This document shows positions 10,835 to 20,624 of a DNA stretch of 64,000 bases, in pieces; position 1 is the stretch's first letter, and every line of letters begins with the position of its first letter. The translations under genes and the position numbers were made by a program. The notes beneath the pieces are model-generated. The model was not told where the DNA came from and made no database searches. It saw only the letters and a program-made list of their open reading frames with translations. Origin of the DNA: an uncultured bacterium (GTDB taxonomy: Bacteria; Verrucomicrobiota; Verrucomicrobiia; Verrucomicrobiales; DEV007); assembly GCA_963977015.1 (NCBI GenBank), contig CAXBMO010000015.1, positions 96,773 to 160,772 on the forward strand, in the 5' to 3' direction.

Positions 10835-10869
10835 AGAGCGGCTTCGAGAAATCGGAGCCGCTCTTTTTT
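10835..10869 (+). terminator. Rho-independent terminator after the RRM gene
   Basis: AGAGCGGCTTCGA-GAAA-TCGGAGCCGCTCT followed by a T run. Confidence 0.85.
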
Positions 10870-10896
10870 GCATCCACTCTTCAGAAGCGACAGAGG

Positions 10897-12192
10897 CTAA
10901 ACGCCTTCGAGCCACAACGCACCGCCTTGGCCACCCCCAACGCAGAGGCTAACCAACGCGCGTTTTCCCCCGGTCCGGCGGAGTTCGCGAAGCGCGGTCA
11001 GCACCAGGCGTGAGCCACTCGCCCCCACCGGATGTCCCAGCGCAATCGCGCCTCCGTTGGGGTTGAGCGATTCCCGGCGGACTGCTCCAATCGCTCCCTC
11101 AAGACCCATGCGTTTCGCGAAATCCTCGCTTTCCAAACACTTCAACGTCGCGAGAACCTGAACGGCAAATGCCTCGTTGATTTCGACAACCTCCGCGTCT
11201 TCCGGGCAAAGTCCGGTCTTCTTCTTCAACTCACCAATCGCATAGGCCGGCCCCAGCCCCATGCGCGCCGGATCACACCCGCTGTAATGATAATCCGTGA
11301 TCCGTCCCAAAGGCTTCAAACCCAGTTGTTCCGCTCGTGCTTCACTCATCACGAGGAGCGCCACCGCTCCATCGGTGATTTGCGAGGAATTGCCGGCGGT
11401 GACCGTTCCGTGGTTGCGGGCAAAGACCGGGCGAAGCTTCGAAAGGGATTCGAGACTCTGTTTTTCGCGAACTCCGTTGTCCTGTTGAACGCAGGATTTT
11501 TCCAGGAAAACCGGCGCGATTTCGCCCTGGAGTCGTTCCCTCGCCAGGGCCGCCTTTTGGTGACTCTTCAACGCGAACTCGTCCTGTTCGCCGCGCGAAA
11601 TATCAAATTCCCTGGCCAACAGTTCTGCCGTATCGCCCATCGATAGCGAGACAACCGGATCCGTTAGCCCGAGTTTCAGTCCGATGACGGGAGAAAAGTC
11701 CTGAATCCGAAAGCGCGACATCGCGGCGAATCGTTGACCTGTGGTTCTTGCCCGCGAGAGCGCCGCAAACTTCGCCGCCGCCGCAAAACTGTAGAGCAGC
11801 GGCACCTGGGACATGTTTTCGGTTCCGCCCACCACGAAGATCTCCCCCCGGCCTGCCGCCATTCGCTCATAAGCGGTCGTCAGGGACTCAAATCCCGAGG
11901 CGCAGTTGCGATGCACCGTCGCTGCGGGTTTCGATTCCGGGATTCCGGATCTCAGGGCAATCACGCGCGCGATGTTTCCGGCATCAGCCGGTTGGCACAC
12001 ATTTCCAATGATGGTCTCATCAACCAGCTCAGGATCCAAACCCGTTCGGGTGAGAAGCGCATTCACTGCCGTTCTTCCCAATTCGACCGCGCTTGTTCGG
12101 GCGAAATCAGTGCCCATTTTGGAAAACGGAGTTCTCACTCCATCGACAATCACGAGTTTGGAATTCGAGACATTCATTGGATAAATTGTCAT
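10897..12192 (-). CDS. Acetyl-CoA C-acyltransferase (thiolase)
   Basis: NCASG, NEAFA, GHPVGASG, SLCVGGGQG. Confidence 0.95.
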   Translation of the reverse strand: MTIYPMNVSNSKLVIVDGVRTPFSKMGTDFARTSAVELGRTAVNALLTRTGLDPELVDETIIGNVCQPADAGNIARVIALRSGIPESKPAATVHRNCASGFESLTTAYERMAAGRGEIFVVGGTENMSQVPLLYSFAAAAKFAALSRARTTGQRFAAMSRFRIQDFSPVIGLKLGLTDPVVSLSMGDTAELLAREFDISRGEQDEFALKSHQKAALARERLQGEIAPVFLEKSCVQQDNGVREKQSLESLSKLRPVFARNHGTVTAGNSSQITDGAVALLVMSEARAEQLGLKPLGRITDYHYSGCDPARMGLGPAYAIGELKKKTGLCPEDAEVVEINEAFAVQVLATLKCLESEDFAKRMGLEGAIGAVRRESLNPNGGAIALGHPVGASGSRLVLTALRELRRTGGKRALVSLCVGGGQGGALWLEGV

Positions 12193-12309
12193 ACAATCAG
12201 ACAGGAATCCACCACTTTCCGGGCTCCTGAAATTCTCACGATTCCGGCTTCTCTAACCTTTCGGCTTTCCTCATTCTGCAACTTCGCGTATCTTCCCCCC
12301 TTCACCATC

Positions 12310-13002
12310 GTGCTCCGTTTTCTCTCTCACAGGTTGGTTTTTGCGTCGCTCGGAGCCTTCGCAATCGGGATCAGCCTCAGCTCCTGCTCCAAAATGTCCG
12401 ATACCCAAACCCATTCCATATCAACGGTCGACGAGGTGAAAGCTCACTTCTCTAAACTCGACAAAGTGGTGCTGACCTTTGTTGGGTATTCCGGTCTCGG
12501 CTATGAAGATGAGGAGGCCCTGGAGAAAATCGTGATCAATCGCTTTCTCAAAACCCTCGACCCCAAGAAGACGCTCATCAATGTGGGCGTCACGCCTGAT
12601 GGCATTGGCGCCGTTTATGAGTGGGCCAGCAAAATGGGATTCGAAACGACCGGGATCGTCTCGAGCCAGGCTCTCGAATATGGCGTTGATGTTTCTCCCT
12701 TTGTGAAAAATGGGACCTTCTTCATCGAAGACGAAACCTGGGGCGGATATCTGGAGGGAACTGAGAAGCTTTCCCCGACCTCGGAAGCGATGGTCTCGGT
12801 TAGCCATCAGATGATTGCGATTGGTGGTGGCGAGGTGGCGCTCGATGAAATGCGGGAGATGAAGAAGCGAAACAAGACGATCACCTACATTCCCGCGGAG
12901 ATGAATCACGAAAAAGCGCAGGCCAAGGCGGCCAAGAAAGGGGATCCTGCACCCACCAGTTTTTGGGGGCCGCTAGAGTCCGAGTTTGAAGCGTCTCTTT
13001 GA
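12310..13002 (+). CDS. Putative lipoprotein with SLOG/LOG-like Rossmann fold
   Basis: GTG 12310 gives a hydrophobic stretch and LSSC lipobox (alternative ATG 12394). TFVGYSG, GVTPDGIGAVY, MIAIGGGEVALDE resemble SLOG motifs. Confidence 0.55.
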   Translation: MLRFLSHRLVFASLGAFAIGISLSSCSKMSDTQTHSISTVDEVKAHFSKLDKVVLTFVGYSGLGYEDEEALEKIVINRFLKTLDPKKTLINVGVTPDGIGAVYEWASKMGFETTGIVSSQALEYGVDVSPFVKNGTFFIEDETWGGYLEGTEKLSPTSEAMVSVSHQMIAIGGGEVALDEMREMKKRNKTITYIPAEMNHEKAQAKAAKKGDPAPTSFWGPLESEFEASL

Positions 13003-13003
13003 G

Positions 13004-13327
13004 ATGAAGATGTTCTTGCTCGGCGGTTTGGCCGTTCTTCTTACCAGTCTCTCCGGATCAGCGCCGGTCGATTCGAGTTGTTCGCTCTCAAAGGACGAAC
13101 TCTCGAAAATTCGGGGCAAAATTCAGTTCGTCGACAGTTTTCCCGACTACAAGGTCAAGGTCGTGACCTCATTTCCAGACCTCAAGGTGAAAAAAGTCAC
13201 CAGCTTTCCGGACTCGCCGGGCGAATGGCAAATCGTCAATAGTTTCCCGGACTACAAAATCCAGATCGTGTCTTCGTTCCCGGATTTCACGATTGAATAT
13301 GTCGACTCGTTTCCCGGCGTTCCGTGA
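13004..13327 (+). CDS. Small secreted (V)xSFPD-repeat protein (7_1 septoil-knot/DUF6150-like)
   Basis: Signal-like N-terminus; six VxSFP(D) units at about 11-aa spacing; ATG 1 nt after the upstream stop. Confidence 0.7.
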   Translation: MKMFLLGGLAVLLTSLSGSAPVDSSCSLSKDELSKIRGKIQFVDSFPDYKVKVVTSFPDLKVKKVTSFPDSPGEWQIVNSFPDYKIQIVSSFPDFTIEYVDSFPGVP

Positions 13328-13900
13328 TCAGGAATCCAGCCGCGCCTTAACCGTTGCCAGAACCTCAACGAAGGCTTCGGATCTCATGGCCGGTTTGAGA
13401 TCCTGTTTCCAGGTTTTGGGCAAACCTTCGTCTTCCGGCATTCCGAGCCACGAACGGCATCCGCCAAATCCTTTTCGATTCGCCAGTTCCCAAGGTTCGC
13501 CCAGTTGGTAAACTCTGACGACGGCCAGGCTGATGCCGTTGTTCTCTCCCCAACCGAACCGGTCTTCGATCACGGACGGCTTCCAGATGTGGAGATCCTG
13601 GAAGCCCTTCGCCAGTTCGAGATCGGTGATCTCCGCAGTAAACTCGATCTTCGCGTATTGCCGAATCTCGATGGTCTCACGTTCCTTGGTCGGCATTTCC
13701 GCCGTTTTATCGGCTTCGTCGAGCTGCAACTGCACTTCCTGCTCGTGAAAATAGGTCGGAAAGAGAAAAAATTCGCGATGCAGCCATTGAAATCCGTGCT
13801 TGCCCTCGGAAATTCCGCCCTTCCGCAAAATTAGGCTCTGTTCACCGCGTTCCATCGCGTCGCACACCAGTTTCCATTCTTTAAAGCCAAAAGCTGACAT
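13328..13900 (-). CDS. DUF1802 family protein
   Basis: KEW...GEQSLILRKGGI.E, FFLFPT..H, GGCRSW. Confidence 0.85.
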   Translation of the reverse strand: MSAFGFKEWKLVCDAMERGEQSLILRKGGISEGKHGFQWLHREFFLFPTYFHEQEVQLQLDEADKTAEMPTKERETIEIRQYAKIEFTAEITDLELAKGFQDLHIWKPSVIEDRFGWGENNGISLAVVRVYQLGEPWELANRKGFGGCRSWLGMPEDEGLPKTWKQDLKPAMRSEAFVEVLATVKARLDS

Positions 13901-14000
13901 AGTTGCAAGCTAACGCCGAAACCAGTCAATTTCGAATTGCAAATCTGGATGAACGCCCCTAAGATTCCCGCCCGAATGCCTTACCGGCAAAAAATCGGAT

Positions 14001-14077
14001 GGTGACCGTAGCTCAGTTGGTAGAGCCCCAGTTTGTGGTATTGGTTGTCGCGGGTTCGAGCCCCGTCGGTCACCCCA
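14001..14077 (+). tRNA. tRNA-His (GTG)
   Basis: Encoded G-1; acceptor GTGACCG/CGGTCAC-C-CCA; D arm AGCTCAGTTGGTAGAGC; anticodon loop TT-GTG-GT; T loop GGTTCGAG. Confidence 0.96.
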
Positions 14078-14125
14078 TTTTCCCTTTGCAAGTAGGCCCA
14101 AGTGAAGATTTCTTGTACCCTTCAC

Positions 14126-14821
14126 ATGGTTTCGTTGGAAGATAAAGTCGGTTACAAGTTTCGCAATTCGCTCCTCCTTGCGGAGGCGCTCACGCATCCC
14201 AGCCTCGCCTACGAAACTCAAAAGCCGCACTTCGACAATCAGCGGCTCGAATTTCTCGGTGACGCGGTGCTCCAGCTCATTTTGACGGAAGAGCTTTACA
14301 ATCTGTTTCCGACGTTCGGGGAAGGCCGGCTCACGAAACTCCGTTCCCGTCTGGTTTCCCGTTCCGCGCTGAAAGTCTACGCGCTTGAGATTGGCCTGGG
14401 CCAATATCTCATGTTGGGCAAAGGCGAAGAAGCCAGTGGTGGCCGGAACCGGTCCTCAACCCTGGCAGATGCCTTTGAGGCTCTGGTGGGTGCCGTCTAT
14501 TTGGATGGCGGCTTTGAAGCGGCGCAGGAATTCCTTGCCGCCCATTGTCGCAAATCGATGGAAGTGATTGAGGCGATGCCGGCCGAAGTGAATCCCAAAG
14601 GCCAGCTCCAGGAAATCCTTCAGGCGATTTCATCATCAAGCCCCAGATACATCGTTCTCTCTCAAAAAGGGCCCGATCACAAAAAGACCTTCATTTGTGG
14701 CGTGGAATGGAACGGCATCAAGTTGGGTGAAGGAAAGGGATCCAGTAAAAAGGAGGCCGAAGCGAACGCCGCTTCCACCGCACTGGAGAGCCGGATTTGG
14801 GAAGAAGAAACCGGGACCTGA
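14126..14821 (+). CDS. rnc: Ribonuclease III
   Basis: ALTHPS, NQRLEFLGDAVL, ADAFEALVGAVYLDGG, C-terminal dsRBD. Confidence 0.97.
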   Translation: MVSLEDKVGYKFRNSLLLAEALTHPSLAYETQKPHFDNQRLEFLGDAVLQLILTEELYNLFPTFGEGRLTKLRSRLVSRSALKVYALEIGLGQYLMLGKGEEASGGRNRSSTLADAFEALVGAVYLDGGFEAAQEFLAAHCRKSMEVIEAMPAEVNPKGQLQEILQAISSSSPRYIVLSQKGPDHKKTFICGVEWNGIKLGEGKGSSKKEAEANAASTALESRIWEEETGT

Positions 14822-14834
14822 AATCCTGACAAAT

Positions 14835-15110
14835 TCCCTATTCCCAACAGCCTGGAATTGAGTGTGAATAGTGCGTGGATGACGGTCTATGACTTGTGAA
14901 AATGTGAAGAAGTTTGAGACTTATTCGCGAGACGGTCGGATATTCACATCCATTGTTCACACGAATGTTTGCGCTACGACTCATTGATCGTAAGAGGGTT
15001 GCGAAAGTTATCGGGACTTATTCACGGATCTAAGAAGAAGAAATAATTTAAAATTTTATTCCCTTCTATCTCTCCAAAAGCGCGTGTTTTAAAAAATCCA
15101 CGCTTTCAGT
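14835..15110. other. Candidate replication origin (oriC)
   Basis: About 370-bp gap between convergent genes. About ten DnaA-box-like 9-mers, an IHF-like site, tandem boxes, then TAAGAAGAAG and an AT-only tract (15041-15060). Confidence 0.65.
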
Positions 15111-15190
15111 TGTAGGCTTGTTAGAGACATGTTAGCGAGTCCCTTCCTGAAACCAAAACCTGCCCTGACAGAACCACAAACCCGCTCTCT

Positions 15191-15967
15191 CTAGCGAATG
15201 ATTCCGCGCTCACTGCCTGCCACAAAATCCGCCAACGTCTTGAGGACGTTTTCCGGTGAATCCTCCATGGCGCGAATCTCCTCGAGAGCTTGGGAAACGT
15301 TCAGGTTTTTCCGATACAACAGGCGGTGGGCCTTTTTGAGGACAGTGACCGATTCTTCGCTGAAGCCACGACGCTGCAGTCCCACGATGTTGACGGAGCG
15401 GACTTCTGCCGGATTCCCATCGGCAATCATGAAGGGAGGTACGTCTTGAACGATCTTGGTACAACCTCCAGTGATCGCGTGAGTGCCAACCCGGCAAAAC
15501 TGGTGAACCGCGCTCAAACCGCCCAGAATCGCGAAATCCTGGACCTCAACGTGACCGGCAAGCGTCCCGTTGTTGGAAAAAATCACGTCGTCTCCAACCG
15601 AGCATTCGTGGGCAATGTGGCTGTAGGCGAGAAAGTTGTTTCGGCTGCCGATCCGGGTCACCTCCTGGTCGTTGGTGCTGCGATGGATCGTGATGAACTC
15701 GCGAAAGGTGTTGTCGTCGCCAATTTCGCAAAACGTGGGCTCACCCTTGTATTTCAAGTCCTGCGTCTGCTGGCCAATCGAGCCGTAGGCGAAAAAGCGA
15801 TTGTTGGATCCAATCTTGGTTGGCCCGGCAATGGTGACGTGGTTCTGCAGCCAGGTTCCTGAGCCTATTTCCACATTCTCGTGGATCACGCAGTAGGGAC
15901 CGATTTCGACGTCCTCTGCGAGTTTCGCAGAGTCATGGATGATTGCTGTTGGGTGGATTTTTGACAT
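15191..15967 (-). CDS. lpxA: Acyl-ACP-UDP-N-acetylglucosamine O-acyltransferase
   Basis: Hexapeptide repeats, QDLKY, HIAHEC, LAGHV, VHQFCRVG, DVPPF. Confidence 0.97.
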   Translation of the reverse strand: MSKIHPTAIIHDSAKLAEDVEIGPYCVIHENVEIGSGTWLQNHVTIAGPTKIGSNNRFFAYGSIGQQTQDLKYKGEPTFCEIGDDNTFREFITIHRSTNDQEVTRIGSRNNFLAYSHIAHECSVGDDVIFSNNGTLAGHVEVQDFAILGGLSAVHQFCRVGTHAITGGCTKIVQDVPPFMIADGNPAEVRSVNIVGLQRRGFSEESVTVLKKAHRLLYRKNLNVSQALEEIRAMEDSPENVLKTLADFVAGSERGIIR

Positions 15968-15989
15968 AACGCCCGCCCTCTAACCTTCC

Positions 15990-17309
15990 TCAACGATCCA
16001 GAAGCGCAAACTTCAGTTCGCCAGAAGACGCGACATCGCCATTGACGATGCAGCGACATCTCGCCTGGCCGATGTTTCGCTTCACCTTCAAAAACTCGGC
16101 TTCAATGAAAAGGGTATCACCCGGCATCACCGGACGGCGAAATTTCACGGAATCCGCACTCACAAAATAGCCGATCTTGCCCTGATTCTCGGGTTTGCGG
16201 AGCATGATGATGCTGGCGACTTGCGCCATCGCCTCAACCTGGAGAACGCCAGGCATGACGGGATGGCCCGGGAAGTGGCCCTGGAAGTATGGCTCGTTGA
16301 TCGTCACCTGCTTCACCCCGGTACACTTCATGTCGCCTTCGAAATCGACGATGCGGTCGACCATGAGGAAGGGATAGCGATGAGGAAGAATCTTCATCAC
16401 CTCGTTCACGTCGAGCACGCCTTTGCCGGTCGGGATATTGAGCGGCTTCGGCGCCGCGGCTTCCACTTCCTTAAAGGCATTGTTCAGGCGTTGGGCCATC
16501 AGGGTGTTTGGCCGATGCCCGGGTTTGATCGCGATGACGTGGCCCATGATGCGGCGTCCGCTCAGCATCAAATCGCCGATGAGATCGAGAATTTTGTGCC
16601 GCACAAATTCTTCCTTAAAGCGCATCGCTTCCTTGCTCATCACTTCTTCACCGCGAATCACCACTGCATTTTCGAGACTTCCGCCCTGAATCAGCCCCTT
16701 GTCCATCAGCGGCTTCACGTCCTCGTAGTAAACAAAGGTGCGCGCCGCGGCGATTTCCTTTTCGTAGGTCTCCGGATTGATCTCGAGACTCTTGTATTGG
16801 GTGAACCGGCCGTCGGGCCCTTCCTGGGTGCAGGAAATCCGGAACTTCTTGTCGGGAACGACCGTGATAATCGAACCATTGGTTTCGAGATGGATCGGTT
16901 CGCGGACCTCATAAACCTTGCGGAGTTGATCCTGCTTTTCGAGCCCCGCCTTTTTCACCAGTTCCACGAAAGGACGCGAACTGCCGTCACCGATGGGAGG
17001 TTCGTTGGCGTCCATCTCGACAATCGCATTATCGACGCCCATTCCGGTGAGAGCGGAGATAACGTGCTCGACGGTGTGCACTTTCACGCTGCCTTCCGCG
17101 ATGGTGGTGGCCCGCTCGACTTCCTGAACCTTGCTAACGTGTGCATCGAGAAATGGCTTATCTTCCAAGTCAACACGGCGGAACTTGATCCCGTGATCGG
17201 TGGGAGCCGGTTGCAGCGTTAGAGAAACTTTTTCACCGGTATGAAGGGAAGTCCCCGCAAGGGTCGCGGATTTGGCAAGAGTATGTTGGTATTCGATTGG
17301 GCCAGCCAT
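15990..17309 (-). CDS. lpxC: Bifunctional LpxC deacetylase / FabZ dehydratase
   Basis: TVEH, ARTF, HKILDLIGD, followed by LPHRYPFLMVD, GHFP..PVMPGV..EAMAQ. Confidence 0.97.
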   Translation of the reverse strand: MAGPIEYQHTLAKSATLAGTSLHTGEKVSLTLQPAPTDHGIKFRRVDLEDKPFLDAHVSKVQEVERATTIAEGSVKVHTVEHVISALTGMGVDNAIVEMDANEPPIGDGSSRPFVELVKKAGLEKQDQLRKVYEVREPIHLETNGSIITVVPDKKFRISCTQEGPDGRFTQYKSLEINPETYEKEIAAARTFVYYEDVKPLMDKGLIQGGSLENAVVIRGEEVMSKEAMRFKEEFVRHKILDLIGDLMLSGRRIMGHVIAIKPGHRPNTLMAQRLNNAFKEVEAAAPKPLNIPTGKGVLDVNEVMKILPHRYPFLMVDRIVDFEGDMKCTGVKQVTINEPYFQGHFPGHPVMPGVLQVEAMAQVASIIMLRKPENQGKIGYFVSADSVKFRRPVMPGDTLFIEAEFLKVKRNIGQARCRCIVNGDVASSGELKFALLDR

Positions 17310-17394
17310 AGCAGCGCACCTCTAAAAGGGTTTTTGATCGGCGTCCAGCTTTTTGACTCGCGTGAGGAGCGATGATCAGCAATCACTTACCGTC

Positions 17395-17856
17395 ATGGCC
17401 CGAATTCTCTCCATCGATCACGGTGACGCACGCGTTGGTTTGGCGTTGAGCGATGAGCTGGAGATGTTGGCTCACCCGTTCGAGACCGTTCACGTCGCGA
17501 AAACCGATCCCATTGAGCGGATCGTCGAGGTAATTCGGGAGCATCACATTTCGACCGTGGTTTTGGGAATGCCGTTCCGGATGGATGGTAGTGAAGGGAC
17601 GGCCGTCGAAAAAGTGCGGGCTTTTGCCGCGGACCTGGGCTCGAAAGTGGAGGGAGTGGAATTTGTCGAAGTCGATGAGCGGCTCACCACCGTCACGGCT
17701 CAATCGCAACTTCACGCCTCCGGCAAGAAAACGCGGGACACCCGAAACATCATCGACCAAGCGGCGGCAACCGTGATTCTCCAGGATTACCTGGATTCGA
17801 AGCAAGGGATGGCAGAACTGCCTCCCGATGAGGATTGGGACGATTTCGAAGATTAA
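17395..17856 (+). CDS. ruvX: YqgF/RuvX pre-16S rRNA nuclease (Holliday-junction resolvase-like)
   Basis: ILSIDHGDARVGLALSD, VDERLTT, IDQAAATVILQ. Confidence 0.93.
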   Translation: MARILSIDHGDARVGLALSDELEMLAHPFETVHVAKTDPIERIVEVIREHHISTVVLGMPFRMDGSEGTAVEKVRAFAADLGSKVEGVEFVEVDERLTTVTAQSQLHASGKKTRDTRNIIDQAAATVILQDYLDSKQGMAELPPDEDWDDFED

Positions 17857-17955
17857 GGCCCCAGACTCATATATAATTATCACAATTTAGATAATAATTA
17901 AATTTGCGGGAATTGTCGCGTCATCGTAGCTTTCTGAAACTCTGCGCCAAATCTT

Positions 17956-18555
17956 ATGGAAGCTTCCAATTCCCAACCTTTCTCCAAAGACAACGATCTC
18001 ACCGAACTCCAGAGAATCCGCCAAGCTCTCTTTGGCGAGGATCTCTGCCGGATAAATCTCCGCCTCAAAAAAATGGAGGAGCAACTTGAGACTTCGATCA
18101 ACGGGTTTTCAGAATACATTGGTCACTTGGAGCGCAAGCTGACGACGCGGCTCGAAGAGTTGGAACGCTCCATGGAGACCGAGTTCCAGACCCGTGATGA
18201 GCAAGTCAGAGGCCTTCAAGTTTCGATCGCCGGAATGCAGAAACTCTACGGAACCTCTCTCGAACAGGTGAAGATTGACCTGGTCGATACGCAAACCGAG
18301 CTTCGTGGCGAAATCAAAGGAGCTGAAACCGCGTTGGCCAAACAGATTCAGGAAACCAGCGACTCCTTCCAATTAGTGGTTGAAGGTCAACACACGAAAT
18401 TCACCCAGGGCCAGGAGGATCTGGGCGAACTCCTCGTCACCTTGGGCGCCAAATTCAAAACCGTGCCCACGGCGGACCCCGAAGAGCCGATCTTCAAAAA
18501 GACCAATGGTCACAACGCTTCCGACAACGATTTCGCAAACTACGTGAACAACTGA
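17956..18555 (+). CDS. Hypothetical coiled-coil protein
   Basis: 199-aa ORF with heptad-rich helical sequence, preceded by an AT-rich promoter-like region. Confidence 0.7.
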   Translation: MEASNSQPFSKDNDLTELQRIRQALFGEDLCRINLRLKKMEEQLETSINGFSEYIGHLERKLTTRLEELERSMETEFQTRDEQVRGLQVSIAGMQKLYGTSLEQVKIDLVDTQTELRGEIKGAETALAKQIQETSDSFQLVVEGQHTKFTQGQEDLGELLVTLGAKFKTVPTADPEEPIFKKTNGHNASDNDFANYVNN

Positions 18556-18632
18556 GCTGTGTTGGTTCGAAACTGAGCCACGAAGCTTGTCTTCTTCGGT
18601 TGGCAAATGCCGCCTGATGGATAGTTTGCCGC

Positions 18633-19907
18633 ATGTTAGATATTCGCATTGTCCGGGACGACCCGGAAATGGTCAAAAAGCGCGTCGCGACCCGTGGTGG
18701 GGATGCACACGCTTTGGTCGATGAAGTGTTGGCGTGTGACGAAACGCGCCGGTCCGCCGAAACCGAAAAGCAGAAGCTGCAAAGCGAGCGCAAGAGCGAG
18801 TCCAAAATGATTGGTCAGCTCAAGGGCAAGGGCGAAGACACTTCCGAAGTCGAAGCAAAGGTCCGGGCGATTGGCGATCGGATCAAAGAAATCGGGGAAA
18901 CCGCCGACGCGGCGGACGAGCGCCAACGCGAGCTTCTTCTCCAGATACCCAATTTGCCACACGAAGCGTGCCCGGTCGGGCTCGACGAAACCGCGAATCC
19001 AGAAGTCCGGGTTTGGGGGGAGAAACCCGTGTTTGACGGTTTTGAGCCGAAAGATCACCTGGAACTGGGCAACGCGCTCGGAATGCTCGATTTCGAGGCC
19101 GGAACCAAGATCAGCACCGGTGGATTTTCGGTCTTCCGCGGCCCCGGCGCCCGGTTGGAACGCAGCTTGATCAATTTCATGCTCAACCTCCACACCGGCG
19201 AGCACGGCTACACCGAAATCAGCCCGCCGTTCATCATCAATCGCGATTGCATGTTCGGCACCGGCCAGCTTCCCAAATTTGAGGACGACATGTATGGAAT
19301 CGAGGACAACAAGTTTTTCCTCGCGCCAACGGCCGAAGTTCCCGTCACCAACTTATGGCGAGACATGATCGTGAAGCAGGAAGAACTCCCGATCAAAGCG
19401 ACTGCCTACACCCCGTGTTTCCGCCGCGAAGCCGGAGCTGCCGGTCGCGAAAATCGCGGCCTCATCCGCATGCACCAATTTGACAAGGTGGAGCTGGTCC
19501 GGATCGTCGACCCGGCAGAATCCACCGCCGCCTTGGAGGAACTGACCGCTGAAGCGGAGAAAGTGCTTCAGCTGCTGGGTCTCCACTATCGCGTGATCGA
19601 GCTTTGCACTGGCGATCTCGGCTTCAGCTCCGCCAAGACCTACGACATTGAAGTCTGGGCACCGGGCCAAAACGCCTATCTGGAAGTCTCCAGCTGCAGC
19701 AACTTTGTCGACTACCAGGCCCGCCGCATGAATCTCCGCTACAAGGACGAGAACGGGAAAAACCGCGTCTGCCATACCCTGAACGGTTCAGGAACCGCCT
19801 TGCCCCGGATCTACGTCGCCCTGATGGAAACCTATCAACAGGCGGATGGATCGATTGAGATCCCGGAAGCGTTGCGGGGAATTTTTGGGTCGGATCGGAT
19901 TTCGTGA
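18633..19907 (+). CDS. serS: Serine--tRNA ligase
   Basis: MLDIR, TGQLPKF, PTAEV, FRREAG, HQFDKVE, EVSSCSN, TLNGSG. Confidence 0.98.
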   Translation: MLDIRIVRDDPEMVKKRVATRGGDAHALVDEVLACDETRRSAETEKQKLQSERKSESKMIGQLKGKGEDTSEVEAKVRAIGDRIKEIGETADAADERQRELLLQIPNLPHEACPVGLDETANPEVRVWGEKPVFDGFEPKDHLELGNALGMLDFEAGTKISTGGFSVFRGPGARLERSLINFMLNLHTGEHGYTEISPPFIINRDCMFGTGQLPKFEDDMYGIEDNKFFLAPTAEVPVTNLWRDMIVKQEELPIKATAYTPCFRREAGAAGRENRGLIRMHQFDKVELVRIVDPAESTAALEELTAEAEKVLQLLGLHYRVIELCTGDLGFSSAKTYDIEVWAPGQNAYLEVSSCSNFVDYQARRMNLRYKDENGKNRVCHTLNGSGTALPRIYVALMETYQQADGSIEIPEALRGIFGSDRIS

Positions 19908-20057
19908 CGCCTGAAAAATTGGTAAAATCGGTGATAGTCTACTCCTGTGAAATCCAACGCTGACGAGTTGACCCACTCAGTCGTCAATCTCGAAGAGACG
20001 ATTTTGGGATCGAAAAGAACGATTTGACCTTTCGCTCCAGACGACCGGGGACTTCAT

Positions 20058-20123
20058 GAACCGCGGATGTCGAAAATGCGTTTCTGAGGCTTTATCTGCG
20101 CCCATCTGCGAAATCTGCGGTTC
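20058..20123. repeat. GCAGAT-type repeat element at the left edge of the defence island
   Basis: ATCTGCGCCCATCTGCGAAATCTGCGGTTC (20094-20123), preceded by a degenerate inverted arm GAACCGCGGAT. Confidence 0.6.
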
Positions 20124-20366
20124 CAATAGATGCATCCGTTGCACCCTCCCGCGTTGAGATAATCAACTTGGGCAATTTGCCGTAAAACCGCGTTTCAGGA
20201 CATAAAGACGGCTTTTCTGTCGCGTATTTACCGTTTTCGCGACAGTTCCGCTCAAATCTGTCTGTCGGATCATCGTCCGGTCTTCGTCAAAAGTCACCCT
20301 GCCTGATACTTCTTAAAGTTCTCCGCTTGCTCGAAGATCTCCTTGTAAACTTCATCGCGATCGACT

Positions 20367-20546
20367 GATCTCCTGCAGCTTGCTGTTGTCCAGGATCACC
20401 TTGGCGGCCCGACCTTCGTAAACGATGGGCACTTTGATCTCGTCGGCCACCGATTCGGTCATCGTGTAGCTGTCCACAACCTCGCCGAAAACATCCAAGG
20501 TCGCATCGATGGGCGTGCAGGTGAAGCCCACATAGGTCGTGTTCGG
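20367..20546 (-). pseudogene. hsdR: Type I restriction subunit R internal fragment
   Basis: PNTTYVGFTCTPIDATLDVFGEVVDSYTMTESVADEI..IVYEGRAAKV matches the HsdR motif III region (GFTGTP, here G to C). No start and no continuation. Confidence 0.8.
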
Positions 20547-20624
20547 CTCGATCGATCCTTCCCGCCCAAAATGCGGCAAAGCCGCACAGCAAATTCAAAA
20601 CTCCGCTCTACTATGTTTAATTCA

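Noticed and set aside
11734-12309. N-terminal 190 aa of the 422-aa ORF
   Set aside because: Overlaps the thiolase on the opposite strand; only the part from 12310/12394 looks like a protein.
14001-14077. tRNA-His as an island integration site
   Set aside because: No duplicated tRNA 3' end or integrase seen; rnc follows directly.
15990-17309. LpxC-FabZ fusion as a novelty
   Set aside because: Already well known in Bacteroidota and Verrucomicrobiota.
20217-20245. CTGTCGCG-N13-CGCGACAG inverted repeat
   Set aside because: Could be a relic operator or res subsite, but 8-bp arms with no associated gene are too weak to call.
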